Counted from the first letter of the stretch, positions 27,906-41,955 are shown. The stretch: 64,000 nucleotides of DNA from Azolla caroliniana (GCA_043228905.1 JBHGNT010000011.1:11656001-11720000); one strand, 5' to 3'. Made by a program: numbers and translations. The notes: generated from the sequence alone by a model not told the origin.

Positions 27906-29009
27906 TGAGCATCCGAAACTAAAATTTTCTAACTTTAGGGCTAGGTATGGGCTAACTCATAAGGAATGAAGGGTAAGGGTCAAGTTATTCTTAGCTATGG
28001 TGAGAGATTATGTTAGTCCAATGATGCTCGAGATAATGTTAGAGTCCTATGGGCCTAGAGTTTGAGCCTATATAATAAGTCTAGCCACTTCATTAAGGTG
28101 ACCATCTTTATTATTCTTTGATAGAGATTTTGATAGTGTGGTAGAGCTCCAACTTCATACACATGTTCCTCCTTACTCAAACCCAAGGTATGGCCCATGT
28201 CCAAACTCGATAATATGCGACACTGATGAGGACTTGGATCTATCTCTTGGCCGGGTGGTCTAGTACCCTGCACCCTTCTTCCTAATTTTCTAATGTGCCA
28301 ATCTTCTTCATTAGTTGTTGTGCCAATTATCTTCTTAATAAATTTGCTTAGTTAGTATTAGGATACTACTATAAGAATGAAACCCTAAACAAGTGATTGA
28401 TGTTGAAAACAATAACACGCTTTCCTTGACATTGTTTCATCTTTGATTATTCACTTGAATGACGATCGTAACCGGTAACAACTTTCATTACAAAATATTT
28501 TTCCTTCAAAAAGTGGGAGAATATCTAGAAAGGTATACCAAATAATTTCTTCGAGAGAAAACATATTTTACATGTAATCTTGAAATTTAGATTATTTCTA
28601 GTTCGTATTAACTTTTCTCATGTGGCAATACATCAATTGCCTAAATATGTCTTAATTTATAAAACAAAACCATGTTTAAACTCACAAATCATTGTTTTGA
28701 AGAGAGATAACTAGAAGTTACCATGATAGATTATGTTTGTACTAGAGATTCATGGTATAGCCTTTGTCATCTAAAACCTTATGATGAACACTCACTAGTG
28801 AATACTTGTTAGATCCCATCGTCGTGCATTCTAGTACAAATGACTTGAGAGGCTTGTGAGTCTATGTATTTTTGCGTCATGTATTGTTCAAATGTGACAA
28901 ATGCAACATAAACAGGGGGACGTTTATTAACTCTTGTGGTATAATACCTAAGATGCCAAAAAGGACAAATCGAAGTTTCTAGAATCTTTTAAGCGATGGT
29001 GACAACAAT

Positions 29010-29178
29010 TTACTATCAAAAAGTCAAAGGTGATGGGGGAATATTAGCATCATGTGGCTTAGTTAACACCATGTGATGTTTTTTTATGTGATCGTCACGA
29101 GAATTTTACTGTCAAAAAGTCAAAGATGATGGATGATCTCATATTTGCATCATGTGGTTGAGTTGCTCCATGTGATGA
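29010..29178. repeat. Imperfect direct duplication (~70-bp unit, ~96-bp period)
   Basis: TTTACTRTCAAAAAGTCAAAGRTGATGG...GCATCATGTGG...CCATGTGATG occurs twice. Confidence 0.7.
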
Positions 29179-31423
29179 TTATTAATTAAAGAATTCTTTT
29201 AAGGTGTAGCCACTTCTCTCTTAGATGGAGCAGTAAGGTTTTTACACCAAGTCCACATTTTCTACTACTCATGATCACATTTACTACGACTAGCAAGGTC
29301 ACACCAACTAGAGAATTCTGGATAGACCGAAACAACTCTATGGTGACATGTAGGGGTGTTATTTTTCATGATCCTCACTTCCTTAAAAATATGGACAATC
29401 AATCCTAACTTGGTTGGAGCTCTGATGTTACCAATGGAGAAAGAGAAGGTTGAGATTCACACACAATAGAAATGTTGACTTATTTCATGCTATACAACAA
29501 AATCGTGAGAAGAGCATCAAAATGGGATGTATGCATATATGTCCCCATTTGCAATTCGAAGATTGAAAACCTAGCTTCAAATGTAGCCTTTTTCTTGTCT
29601 TGCCTAAAGGGATTGACGAAATTTCTAATGAAATATCATGGTAGAATTTAGAAATTGCAAAGCTGCCAATTCAATAGTTTCAAATAAGCACACATGCATT
29701 CATTGAGATTATATCAAAATTTCTTCCCTTGTATCACATTTTTCTTGCTAAGGGAATAATCCAGATCATCTATTTGGTCAGAAAGTGTGTATCTTGAACG
29801 TTGTTTAGTGTGTGAATACGTGTTGTTTATGTGAAAAGTTGGTGTGCATATTGCGTAAGAAGAGAATATATACTTATGTTAGTCAGAGCACCATCATTTG
29901 GCTCTATATGAGCTGGATTCGGTTATATTTATGAGCAAAGTGTACTATTTATATTATGAGGAGACAAAGATGGGTTAATACTATATTTGAGAGGAACATG
30001 ATATATATCCTTTTTATACATGTGTAGGTCTAGGTACAATATTGTGTACATGTGTGGGTCTATAAGATACATAACCTAGAGCTGGTTGATAGGGATGCAC
30101 AAACTAGACCTTACATTCTTTTGTGGCTTTGGTGATTATTCGTGTGTGATAAAACCTCAATAAATCCTACCAGACTGACAACGAGTCTAGTATGCCGTTG
30201 AATTCTTCAAAGCATCACAAGGCAAGGATTGTAAAGTGTTTAACTTGCATGTTCCTTTATGCTTTATGGAGTTGAGACGGAGAAGAAATCTATCTTATAT
30301 TAGTATCTTTGCCCCAAAAAGGTGATATAATGTATAGAAAAGAATTGAATAAATAAAGGGCCTTACTAGTTTGAAACCCAAGGTAAGGTTTTGAGTCTTG
30401 ACAATGAAACGTTGCATGTAATCATAAAGTATAGAGATTTTGAATAGGACTAATTTTGTGGGGTTACATTACTCTAAATTATGTACTTAATATATATGTA
30501 GCTTTAAGTGATTTTATATGGAACCCTATATAGCAGTGCAACTTGATTTTGTTTCTTATGAGTTTTAATTAATATTGGAAACTTCGAAATATATTAAAAT
30601 GGATTTCAGCCTGTTGAGATCAAGAAGAGATAGACCTATGGGAGACTAGGCCAAGGTCGTGCAACATTGGCTAACTTGGGTGGTTTGTTTCAATTGTTAT
30701 AACTTCTATGTCACGATGTAAACTACCAAGTTGACACTATGAACAACATACTCTAGTACAAAGCGAGACATACATTCGTGTCTTATTATAAATTGGGTAG
30801 CACCTCGACATTCCAAGAAGGCTACCATGCCAATCATGAGCATGGCAAAGATGTGTGTGCCTATGGAAACAACAACCTTGACTAAATTGTAGGAGACTAT
30901 GTGGACCTTATAATGAGTCGACAAAGTTCGAGTTCCAATACATACTTCATAAGGAAATGGATGTCTAACACTAATCCAAGTATTCGAACAAACGTGTTGG
31001 AAATTTCAGCACCCCAATACAAGATATATATATATATATATTCTTAACATCCATTGGAAGACCTTGAATACTCATTATATGATGATATGTGGAATGGGAT
31101 TGAGCCCATGGGGCGATGATTTGAATATGAAAAGGAAGACATATGCCCAAATGTCGTTCTTCTTCCATGGACAAGCATGTGTGATGTAGTAGCCAACAAT
31201 GTCAATACAAGAAGGGTTTGGTATTATGCCACATGTGTAGATCCTCGACAACTACTTATATATTTTGGCCTTGATCAAGTCTGGGGAGTTTTGTTAGCAA
31301 GGTTCTTCGAGCATCGAATTCAAAACACATTATATGAGGTTGGGAAAACGTTGGCTGTTTTGAGAATGAGAACACCGAGTGATTGATGAATCCATCCATA
31401 TGTGTGTGTCCAAAGGAGGAGGA

Positions 31424-31668
31424 GTGGAGCCCATACCCACACAAGCTAGAACCCTAAAATGTAACCCTAAAACCCTAAGTGGAGCCAAACCCCACACAAG
31501 CTGGAACCCTAAAAGGTAACCCTAAAACCCCAAGTGGAGACAAATAAACACCTCTCTATTTTAACAGAAAATGGCTAATAATGATTCCATATCTCAAAGG
31601 AAGAGTCTTTTTATATTGGGGCCAAACCCCACACAAGCTGGAACCCTAAAATGTAACCCTAAAACCCA
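31424..31668. repeat. ~55-bp repeat (3 copies) rich in AACCCTA telobox-like motifs, downstream of the MYB gene
   Basis: GGAGCCAAACCCCACACAAGCTGGAACCCTAAAATGTAACCCTAAAACCC near 31426, 31481 and 31618. Confidence 0.75.
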
Positions 31669-31924
31669 ACCAGAAAAACAACTCCTCCCTATATTTTTAA
31701 CAAAAATTGACTGATAATTGATTCCTTTCTTTGATTTTTGTCTGCTTATTATACAAAATAATTTGTAATTTGTGTTTTTTTTTTTTTACAACCAAATTTT
31801 GTTTCTTATTTTTTACAATTTGAGGCTTTGGCTTTCCTTATTTCCAACAACAGTAATCAATAAAAGAAATAATAATAATAATAATAATAATAAAATGGCG
31901 GCGGCGCCAAATCTGGAGGCGCCG

Positions 31925-32980
31925 CTAAACTTGGCAGCTAGCAGGTTGGCGATGATGGTGGTGGCGTTGGCGATGGCTTTGGATTTGGCTTTGGCTTTGG
32001 TGCTGACGTGGGTGATCGCAGGCACTCCTAGGGTTAGGGTTAGGGTTAGGGTTAGGGTTAGGGTTAAGGTGAGGGTCCCCTTCCATATTACCATCATGGC
32101 TCATTCCCACCTGCGAATTAGGGTTTCCGACATTACTACCTCCCAGCGCCTGTGACGCCGCATTAGGGTTTGTGGCATGGCAGGCTAACGTCTGTGGATT
32201 AGGGTTTGCAATACTATGGCAGCGCATAATGAGGATTGATTGCTGCTGATCGTTGTTAGTATTACTGCCGCTGCTACTATGACTTGGGTGGCTTGCTTGC
32301 TGATCGCCACTGCTAATTCTAGGGTTCTCATCCATGATTTCATTGCCATGAAAATTAGTAGCAGTAAAAGCGGCGTGGTTTGCATAGACTGGGAAATTAG
32401 GGGCCGATGTTACATGGAGGTGGTGGTTGTCATCAGAATTCATAGAGCTTAACATTGTTGCATCCTGGGGCCCAATTTGATAGTCATTCGATATAGCAGA
32501 AATTACTGGATAATGATAATGATGAGGATTAGGGTTTAACGCAGCATCATGATGCAGAGGCTGATGATGATGATGATGATGATTCAGATTGAAAGCAGGA
32601 GCATCACCATCAGGATGATGATTCAGGGTTTGTTGATCATGCTCCGGCTCTAATGATACACCTGCATGAGTAGGGATATAAGAATCAGGGTTAAATACAT
32701 TATGATGATTATTATTATTAGGATGATGATCGTTGCCAAGGGCCCGAATGTAATTAGGGTTTGATCCTGTGTAATTAGTGATGAGGAGACTAGTGGGATT
32801 GCACTGTATAAATTCATTTCCGTGCCGGGAATTAAAGGCGTTGTTGGGGTGGACCTGATGATTAATATGCGACTGATTATGAGGAGGAGGAGGAGGAGGA
32901 GGAAGATTAACGAAGAGATTAGGAGTATGGTAATTGGGTCTGTCAGGATGAAGCAGCATTACCGGATGGGAATGGGATGG

Positions 32981-33013
<33 letters not shown>

Positions 33014-35162
33014 AAGGTGGTTGTGGTTGAGATTAGGATTAGGATTAGGATAAGGATTAGGATTAGGATTAGTGTAGCGAGGGTCGTCTGCAATATATTC
33101 ATGGCTATTATTATTAGATGAATAGTTGAGGTAATTACTATTATTAGTAGTAGTAGAAGAAGTATTGTGTTGATTAGTAGCAGCAGCAGGAGGATTAGTG
33201 GCGGAGGAAGAGGAGGAACAGGAAGAGGCGGAGTAATTAATGGAGGGAAGCATGTACTGATGATTCATAGGATGGGCGCATGGATTGGTGGCATGATCAG
33301 CAGCCTCCCCATAGAAGTGATTAATGACGGGATTCTGGTGGTAATTAGGGTTATTAACCACGTGATTAGAGGACGACGAGTGGTAAACTGTCTGATCTGG
33401 GCGGCGATTACTGTCGCTAATGTGAGATTTGTGATCCGGCAGAAGAAAATCGTCGTAAGATTGATGATGATGAGGATGATGGTCGTCGTCGATGGCCATC
33501 AAATCGTGGTGATAGTGGATGATGAGGGACTGATCATCGGCTGCTCCCATCAATTCGGGCTTACAGTCGCCATCGCCATCGCCATCGCCATGGCCAGGAT
33601 TATGATTCATGTGGCTCTGATCGATGATAGGGTTCCGATTACTGTAATAATCGGAGCTGCTGATGCTGATGATGGATCCTGCAGAGCAGCCGCCATTGAT
33701 CGGATTACTGCTGCTCGAATGGTAGGAAATATTGGACGAAGAAGACGCGGAGGAGGAGCCGCCGCCATTGATCTGATTAATTCCGCCGCCACCGCCATTA
33801 TAATAGTGATCACTCATCAGAGCAGGATCCAGGCTCGGCTTTTGATTATTAACGCGGCTGGCCGGTGATTTGCTATGATCAGGGCGTTGATCATGATTAG
33901 TGGCGCCGATTAGACTCAACCTCTTCTTAATCTGAGTGTTCCATAGATTCTTCACATCATTGTCTGTTCTTCCCTCTAGATGCCCAGCTATGTCCGACCA
34001 CCTGCATTCATCCCATCCCATCCCATCCAATCCAATCCATCAATTATTCAATCAATTTTCACAAAACCTGCACCATTACTAACCATCGATTTTAATTAAC
34101 CAAATTAGTAACACCTGCATGGTCCATTATTAACCTAGATTTTAATTAACCAAATCAGTAACACCTGCATGGTCCATTAGTAACCTGGATTTTAGTTAAC
34201 CAAATTGGTAACAACTGCATTAGTAACCTGGATATTAATTAACCAAATTGCTAACACCTGCATGGTCCATTAGTAGTAACCTAGATTTTAATTAACCAAA
34301 TTAGTAACACCTCCACGGTCCATTAGTAACCTAGATTTTAATTAACCAAATTAGTAACACCAGTATGGTCCATCAGTAACCTAGATTTTAATTAACCAAA
34401 TTAGTAACACCGGTATGGTCCATCAGTAACCTAGATTTTACTTAACCAAATTAGTAACACCATTATGGTCCACCAGCAACTTAATTAGTAATCATAGATT
34501 GATGATTAATGCACACACAAAGATTATGTCCATCGAATCCGAACCAACGGGATTGGAAGCTCATCATCAATCGAGGAATGTACCTGTTGCCTAATGATTC
34601 CTGCAGCCGGATAATGAGGTTGATCTCTTCCGTCGAGAATTTGCCTCGTTTGAGGTCCGGCCTCAGATGATTCATCCATCGCCGCCTGCAGCTCTTGCCG
34701 CATCGATCCAGCCCTGATTCAAATCTCAATTCCATTAGCAAAATCGCAGTTACCCACTTTAATGTGAACCCTTATAAAATCGAAGTTAATTTTAAGAAGC
34801 CAAGTAGATTTAATTACAAATTTGTAGCAATTTTAATGATCTATGCAATTTAATTACCATAGGTGAATGAACATAAATTGCAAAGTGATTCACGACATCA
34901 AGTTAACTGCTAGACTTATTTATCAAAGACGATGTAATACTAATCCGAGAGGTGGGTGATTAATCAAAACCCAGAGGTGATTAAGACCTAATGACAGAGG
35001 ATTAGTTAGGGTAGGAAATGAAAAAAAAAAAAAAAAACAGAGGAATTGAGCAGATTAAATACCAGCTTTTCTAGCGATGTCGCTCCAGCTGCCATTCACG
35101 TATTTGGTGATGCAGCGCACCAGCCTCTCGTCTTCATCTGGTGACCACAACCCCTTCCTCAT
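31925..35162 (-). CDS. R2R3-MYB transcription factor; exons 35162-35063, 34713-34584, 34001-31925; ~768 aa
   Basis: [34 protein letters not shown]|[43 protein letters not shown]|[28 protein letters not shown]; canonical GT-AG introns; the typical 130-bp exon 2; total length is a multiple of 3. Confidence 0.93.
34080..34480. repeat. ~50-bp minisatellite (8 units) in MYB intron 2
   Basis: Unit TAACCTAGATTTTAATTAACCAAATTAGTAACACCTGCATGGTCCATTAG. Confidence 0.92.
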
Positions 35163-35810
35163 GATTAGTTAATTCGTAATTAGCCTCACTGATTAGGGAT
35201 AGAGTGACTCAGCGTATTGTCATTAACCTCTATAATTAGGGATACTGACTGTAATATATGATAAAGAACTATTTGATGCCACAATTAGAAAGACTCTTAA
35301 TGTTATAGCAAGCTAGTTTGTAGTGTCATGCTTTGCTAACCATGATAATTAGCGAGCTAATAATTAATTATCGAGAGATGTTAACATTAATAATGAAGCC
35401 CATGAGAGATGTGAATTAGAAGCCCACGAGTGAATTAATAATTAGCTTCTAATGAATCTCACATTGTTGATGGGGCACTGCAATTAGTGCTAATCACTTG
35501 AAGATTAGTTGGAAGGAGGAGGAGCCTTGGGGGGCCTGCCTAAGTCCAAAGTGTGAGCCTATTTTAAATGTGAATGTGTGAGGGGGTAGTAGAGAAAGAC
35601 CTTATTAAACTTGCTTCTTATTCTTCACTATTTTCTACACTCTAGTTGGCCCTTGTTATAATAGGGTCAGATCGTCTCGTGTGTGTGTGTGTGTGTGATC
35701 GAGACATACCCATATATTCTAATTGTCTATGGGCCCGACCATCTCATGCAATAGTCGACGATCTCATTATCTGGCCACAAGCTTTGTGTCCTCCACGAGG
35801 CTTGTTACCG

Positions 35811-35954
35811 GAGAGATAGATTTTATTATTGTCCTTGGAAGTCAAATACATGACCTTTTACAGGATCAAAAAACTAAAGCATTGCCACTTAGATGGGTGG
35901 GGCTATGTAGCTCAAGAGAAATTTCGGTAAACACGGGAGACCCCAACCACAATC
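35811..35954 (-). mobile_element. 3'-end fragment of an RTEX-like LINE
   Basis: Minus strand reads AGGTCATGTATTTGACTTCCAAGGACAATAATAAAATCTATCTCTC, similar to the 3' ends of LINE copies 1 and 2. Confidence 0.55.
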
Positions 35955-36831
35955 TGTGGAATAGGCCATCCAATCCATAACAAGGTATGGGTGTAGCTAG
36001 CAGTGAGAAGAATACGCAGTGTGAGAGGAGTGTCATTACTGAGTTTAACAGTGAGTTAGTAGTGAGGGATGTACTAGGAGTGGGAGGTGAGCTAAGAGTA
36101 GGAAGACGGCCAAGCATGAGAGGAGAGCCAGTGGTAACAACTTGCTAGGGGCAAGACGAGAGTTGGTTGTGAGATGTGGTGCCCCCAAGTCATCCCAACT
36201 GGGACACAGTCCCAGGTGGAGTTGAGACTCTCAAAAGGGGCTACTCCCACCCAAGATTGGGAATTTCCACGTAGTCCCAACCAAAGTTGAGATTGTTCCA
36301 AGCAATCCCAACACAGTTCTAGCCAGTGTTAGGACAACCAATCCCAGTCCCAAAGACGGTCCTCCCCCGGGTTGGCACAACACAGTCCCACCAAGCAGTC
36401 CCAATGGACCGTCCAATGGCTAGTCCTCAAATGCCTAGCCCCAACGACCATATTAAGTTTATAATGGACGTATTCACACAGTCCCATTGGACACACTAGG
36501 TTTAGGCTATTTATGTAAATAGTGGAAAGGGCAATTGCTCTAAGTTAGTTTGTATATAACAGGCTTTGTAACCTAGTTTATGGTGTTGTTCATGTTGTTG
36601 TGTCATTATAACATTGATAGCAATAATAATATAGCTACATATCTGTGTGCCTACTCTGATGTCTCTCTGCCTCCTTGTTCACTTGATCTTGTTTCTTGTT
36701 ACTGTTGCCTCTATTGATTCTTGTAGAGTTGTTCTTCACGACTTTGTTCATACTCGAAAAAGATCTTCATAGGAGAAGTGTTGGTTTTGTTCCGCATCCA
36801 GATGGTCGCTTCCAACATTTGGCATCAGAGC
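35955..36831 (+). mobile_element. LTR (~860 bp) followed by a tRNA-iMet PBS; internal region deleted
   Basis: Imperfect terminal IRs TGTGGAATAGGCCATC / GATGGTCGCTTCCAACA (ends 36817); PBS TGGCATCAGAGC at 36820-36831. Confidence 0.6.
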
Positions 36832-36959
36832 TTGGTGTTTTGACTATGTATTGTCCTCATCAACACTTCCTCTCTGGAATCTCTTGAAGGTCTTCTAGTT
36901 GATTTTGTTTGATAAAACAAACTCTAGATTTCAGTCCGACTGAAATCTTCTAGACGACA

Positions 36960-39943
36960 ACTTCCACAAGATTGTAGATTCCTTTACAGAAGTTTTCGCA
37001 GGAAGAGCTATATATTCTATGTGTGATTTATATTCAGGATATGATCAATTTTAGCTTGCTATTGATAGTCGTGATATAACTACTATAAGAACACCGATTG
37101 GATTGATGCGAATGTGTACATTGCCTCAAGGTGCTACAAATTCTGTAGCACATATGGTGAATGCTATGAGTAAAATTTTAAGAGATTTTGTGCCAAAAGT
37201 AACTATGCCTTTTCTAGATGATGTTCCAATTAAAGGATGCTCGATGAATAAGAAGGATGAAAAGCTCATGCCGAACGGATGTAGAAAGTTTGTTGCAGAC
37301 CACATTGATGATTGTGAAAGAATCCTTTCAAGGTTAGAAGAGGTTCATCTTACATTTTCAGGTCAAAAATCTATGTTTGGGGTTCCCGAAGTTCTAATTG
37401 TAAGGCACATGTGTGGACCCCACAGAAGAAAGCCATCCCCAATTAAGGTAAATGCAATTCAAAATTTAAAGGATGATTGTAAATCTCTAACAGAAGTGCG
37501 TAGGTTTTTGGGTGCTTGTGTGTTTTACTGAATTTAGATTCCACATTGCGCACATCTGGCTGATCCACTTTATGGGTAGCTTAAGAAGTATTCAAGTTTC
37601 CGTTGGACTAATGTATATACAGATTCAATTCCCCAACTAAAGGAAATGTTGTTGAATGTCCCTGTTTTACGGAAGGCTAGGTATGACAATGAACACCCCA
37701 TCATTGTTACTGTGGATACGAGTCCAATCGGGATCGGTTGGGCTGTTAGCCAAGAAGAGAAGGATGGGTTAAGATATGCAGTTCGATTTGGTGCAAAAAT
37801 CTTAACAGAACGCCAAAGAGCTTACCTGTAGATTAAAAGAGAGTTATGGGGTATGTTAACAACTATTAAAACGGATCGTGAATACTTAATTGGTGATGAA
37901 GTTGTGGTTGAAACAGATTGTCGTCCATTGCTAGGAATGATTTCAAGTTGTGAAACATCTGATGATAGCTATGCTTAGATGGATAGCTTACATAAAATCG
38001 TGCTATGTCTTGAAATCAAGCACATTGCAAGAACTGATAACCGAATTGCCGATATGCTCTCAAGAGCGAGGTTTAAAGGTAAAAATACAATGGTAATGAC
38101 TAATGATGAAGATGAGAGTTTTGATTTCTTTTCCATAAATTGTAACTTAAAGCGGTCATGTGATTTGGGTGTTCATGTTATTCTTCGTGAATCTGAGTAC
38201 GAGGGGGAGATGTTGCAAATTGGAAAATCCTCGAGCACTCGTGTGAAAGATGGAACATGGTCAATGGAGCTATTTCATAAAATAAAAAAGAAAGCTTATA
38301 AGTTTTTTCTTCATGAGGGATATCTTTGGAGACATCCAAAAGTTGTAAAAGGGATTCCGCAAAGAGTGGTCAGAAGAAGAGAAGAGCAACAAAAACTAAT
38401 ATTTGAATTTCATGATACTTTATGGGCAGGTCATCGTGGAGTTTGGGCCACCTATTTGAAATTAAAAGAGAAGTTTTGGTGGGCTGGAATGTACAACGAT
38501 GTTGCAGATTATGTACAATTGTGTGAGAACTGCCAAAAGTATTCGAATATTCAGCATCGTGGTGGGTTGCAACCTACTTAGTCTTTATGTCTACATTATA
38601 AATGGGTTGTGAATATTGTAATGATGCTTGTAGGGGTTTGGCAAATGAGATATCTTGTATTAGCAAGAGAAGATTTGACAAATCAAGTGGAAGGCCGAGC
38701 CCTACGCCAAAAAACCACTTCAGCTGTTTGCAAGTTCCTTCTTGAAGATGTGATATGTAGGTACGGATGCATTGGGAAGATTGTTGCAGACAGAGGAGAA
38801 CTAGATTCTAACGAAGCTGAACAATTCTTTTCAAGAATGGGAATTCGACTGTCCTTAACAACGGCATATAACCCAAAAGCTAATGGAAAGTCTGAGTGTG
38901 GACATGGACCTATAGTAAAAGCTTTGGTGAAAGCTTGTGATGGCAAGATAACTAACTGGCCCCATCTGTTACCGTATGCACTATGGGTTTGATCGCACTA
39001 CTCATATTTTCGTGACAGACTTTATGCCATCAGAATTAATACTTGGTCAAAAGCCAATTGTGGCAGTAGAGCAATCGGTATTTTCCTGGGTTTCCTTGCC
39101 ATGGGCAGATGAAATGAGTCGAGAAGATTTGCTTGCTCTTAGAATAAGACAACTAAAAAGAAGAGATGAAGATGTTCAAATAGATACGGAAAGGATGAAG
39201 CAATGTCAACTACGGAACAAAGAAAGATTTGATAAAACCCATCGCCTTCGACCAAGAAATCTCCAAGAAAGTGATTGGGTAATAATATATGATAACAACT
39301 TGGATAACCAACATAGTACTTCCCGTAAGTTCACCAAAAGATGGTTCAAACCATATGTCATTAGACAATTGAATAAAAATGCAACTTATTTCCTAACTGA
39401 AATGGATGGAGTTGCTTTAAGGTTGCCAATTGCAGAGAAGCGAATTAAACTATTCAAGAAAAGGGAAGAACAAAGCGCTAACTTCCTCAACGAAGATGAC
39501 TTCCATGAAGCTGAAGAAGGAGACGTTCGTTGGCGCATGTCTAGAGGGGGAGGATGTCGTGACGTTTTCGTGCCACGATGAGAAAAAATAACCTCTATCA
39601 AATTATATGAACTGATTCAAATATTTGCAAATGCTTGATTAATTAAGTGATAGCTAATAAGCTTGTAAAGCACATTTGCCATAGGATGATAATAGCTAGT
39701 TGAATCTATGATAAAACATTATATCGAGTAGAAAATTTTAAAGCGAATACCTATTACCAACACACTTGTTATTATCACTATTAGGTATTTTAGCTATAAA
39801 AGCCATAAAAGTTCTTAAAGTTATAAAAACTATTTAGCTATTGCAACTATTATAGCTATAAAAGCTATTAGAGCTATTAGAGCTATTATAGCTAAAAAAC
39901 TATTAAAAGCTATTAAAAGCTATTAAAAGCTATTAAATCTACT
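36960..39943 (+). mobile_element. Non-chromovirus Ty3/gypsy pol (RT-RNase H-integrase), PPT and start of 3' LTR; degenerate
   Basis: DLYSGYDQF, LPQGATNS, PFLDDVPIKG, TVDTSPIGIG, integrase HHCC (GHRGVWATY...CENCQ), IVADRGE, YNPKANG; PPT AGAGGGGGAGGA 39543-39554; LTR starts TGTCGTGA at 39555 and is interrupted at 39944. Confidence 0.88.
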
Positions 39944-41955
39944 TGTAAAGAATCAATGGTGATTCTTGTGTAGCGAAAGAGATGTGTGTTATATGTATGT
40001 GTGAGAAGAAAGAGGAGAGGAAACACAAGATGGATAAGAGACAAATGAAGTACTCAAGAAGAAGGAGATGTATATTAACAAGGAGATTATGATAAATGAA
40101 AATGTAGCATTGCAAGGAGTCACAACCGACTTAGTATGAATTATGAGGGTGCTTTATATAGGGTCACCCTCTCTCTTCATTAAATTTACAACAACCACTC
40201 TCTCTCTTGAGGAATGTGAAGACTCATAGTCATGGGGAATATGTAACTCATTAGTTATGTGTCATAGAATCATATTCTATGACACATAGTTAATGTGTAG
40301 AGAGTAGTGGTGTGTCTCTTGACCTTTGAGCAATCACGGATTCTCAAAAGGTGTGTTCACACGTTGCACTATGTTGAGCTTGATTCTCAACACGCCCCCT
40401 CAAGCTCAACTCGGTTCGGTTCCTTTCGGTGGATGCATACATCGGCTCGTATCCGGTTCGGACAATCTCCGGTGTCCGCTTCGGCTCGTACCCGGTTTAG
40501 ACGATATCCGGTTCTCGCTTGTACTCCCCCTCAAGCTTGGCAAGTCAAGAATCGTCAATCCGAGGTCTAACATGAATTGCCGAAGCTTGTCGGCTCCTAA
40601 GGTTTTGGTGAAGATGTCGGCTATCTGAAGATTCGTGTTGATGCGTTGAAGGTCGACATCTCCGGCCTGTACGCGCTCTCGAATGAAGTGATAGTGCACT
40701 TCGATATGCTTTGTGCGTGCGTGAAACACCGGGTTCCAAGCTAGATATATACTGCTCATGTTGTCACAGTAAATGAGAGTCGGATTGTTGATGGGGACAT
40801 CCAGATCCTTCAAAATCCTCTTGAGCCATAAGGCTTCACATGCAAATACGGTTGCGCCCCTGCATTTGGCCTCTGTACTCGAAAGTGCGACAGTAGGCTG
40901 CTTCTTACTACTCCAAGATATTCCTCCGCTACCGAGCGAGAAGACAAATTTGGAGGTCGATCGTCGATCAACTTTGTAGCTTGCCCACTCCGCGCCTGTG
41001 TACCCTTCGAGTCGTATTGGTATGGCCGATGCGTGGAGAATGTGGTAATCCATTGTGCCGCTCACGTATTGTAATACTCACTTAGCGCAATCCAAGTGAA
41101 TGTGGCGTGGTTTTTGCATGAATTGGTTGAGGAGTCCGATTGGATAACTAAGGTCGGGTCGAGTGATTGTGAGATAGATGAGGCTCCCGATCAGTTGACG
41201 ATATTGGGTCGGCTTGCACTGGTCTATGCCGGAGTCAACATCTAGTTTGAGGTTTCAATTGAGAGGCGTAGCGACCGATTTGCACTCAGTCATCCGGAAC
41301 TTGTATAACAAGTTGATAATGTAGTGCCGTAGAGAGATCATAATGCCAGTCGGAATCCGAATTACGTCGATGCCAAGGAAGTAATGGAGCTCCTTCATGT
41401 CCGTCATCTCGAATTTTCCGGAGAGGAGGGACTTGACCTTGTTGATGTCGACTAGACTTTCACCTCCAATGACCAGATCATCCACGTATAGGATGATGAC
41501 AATAAGGCCTCTAGAGTCACGTCGTACATAAGAGGCAGTTGTCGGATTTCGACATTCGAAAGCCGATTTGATGAAGATAGTGCATAATCTTCGAATGCTA
41601 AGCACGTGTTGCTTGCTTAAGGCCATAGAGTGGCTTCTTGAATCGGCACATGACTGTCATGATATGGCAAGACAAGACTCGAACCCATGACCTTATACTA
41701 CATGGGTCGAGCTCTCGACCATTAGACTATATATTGTAATACATAGAATATTATTTCCATTTATGTTTTATTATAGAAAATTGATGTATATTCCAGATTT
41801 CTCTGGAACATTCTAGAAACTTCAGGAGTATTCCTTAGAACACTATAAAAGGAGGCACAAGGCATTATTTCGAACCAAATCGGTTCAATGCCAGTCTTAA
41901 GCCTCCTAGCTACTGTACATTTTCTTCACATAATATATATCTTTTCTTATCATCA

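Noticed and set aside
28000-31420. Possible DNA-transposon or gene remnants
   Set aside because: Only short ORFs; no motif, terminal repeat or TSD that I can support without a search.
32027-32068. Interstitial telomere (TTAGGG)n
   Set aside because: Short and in frame within MYB exon 3, encoding Asn-Pro repeats.
32822-33868. Plus-strand 99-aa and 233-aa ORFs
   Set aside because: Antisense shadows of low-complexity MYB exon 3.
33990-34030. Track ORF start MDGMGWDEC as the MYB N-terminus
   Set aside because: Intronic read-through; the real exon 3 begins at 34001 after CAG.
34080-34480. CRISPR-like regular array
   Set aside because: No unique spacers, no cas genes, and it lies inside a spliceosomal intron; it is a minisatellite.
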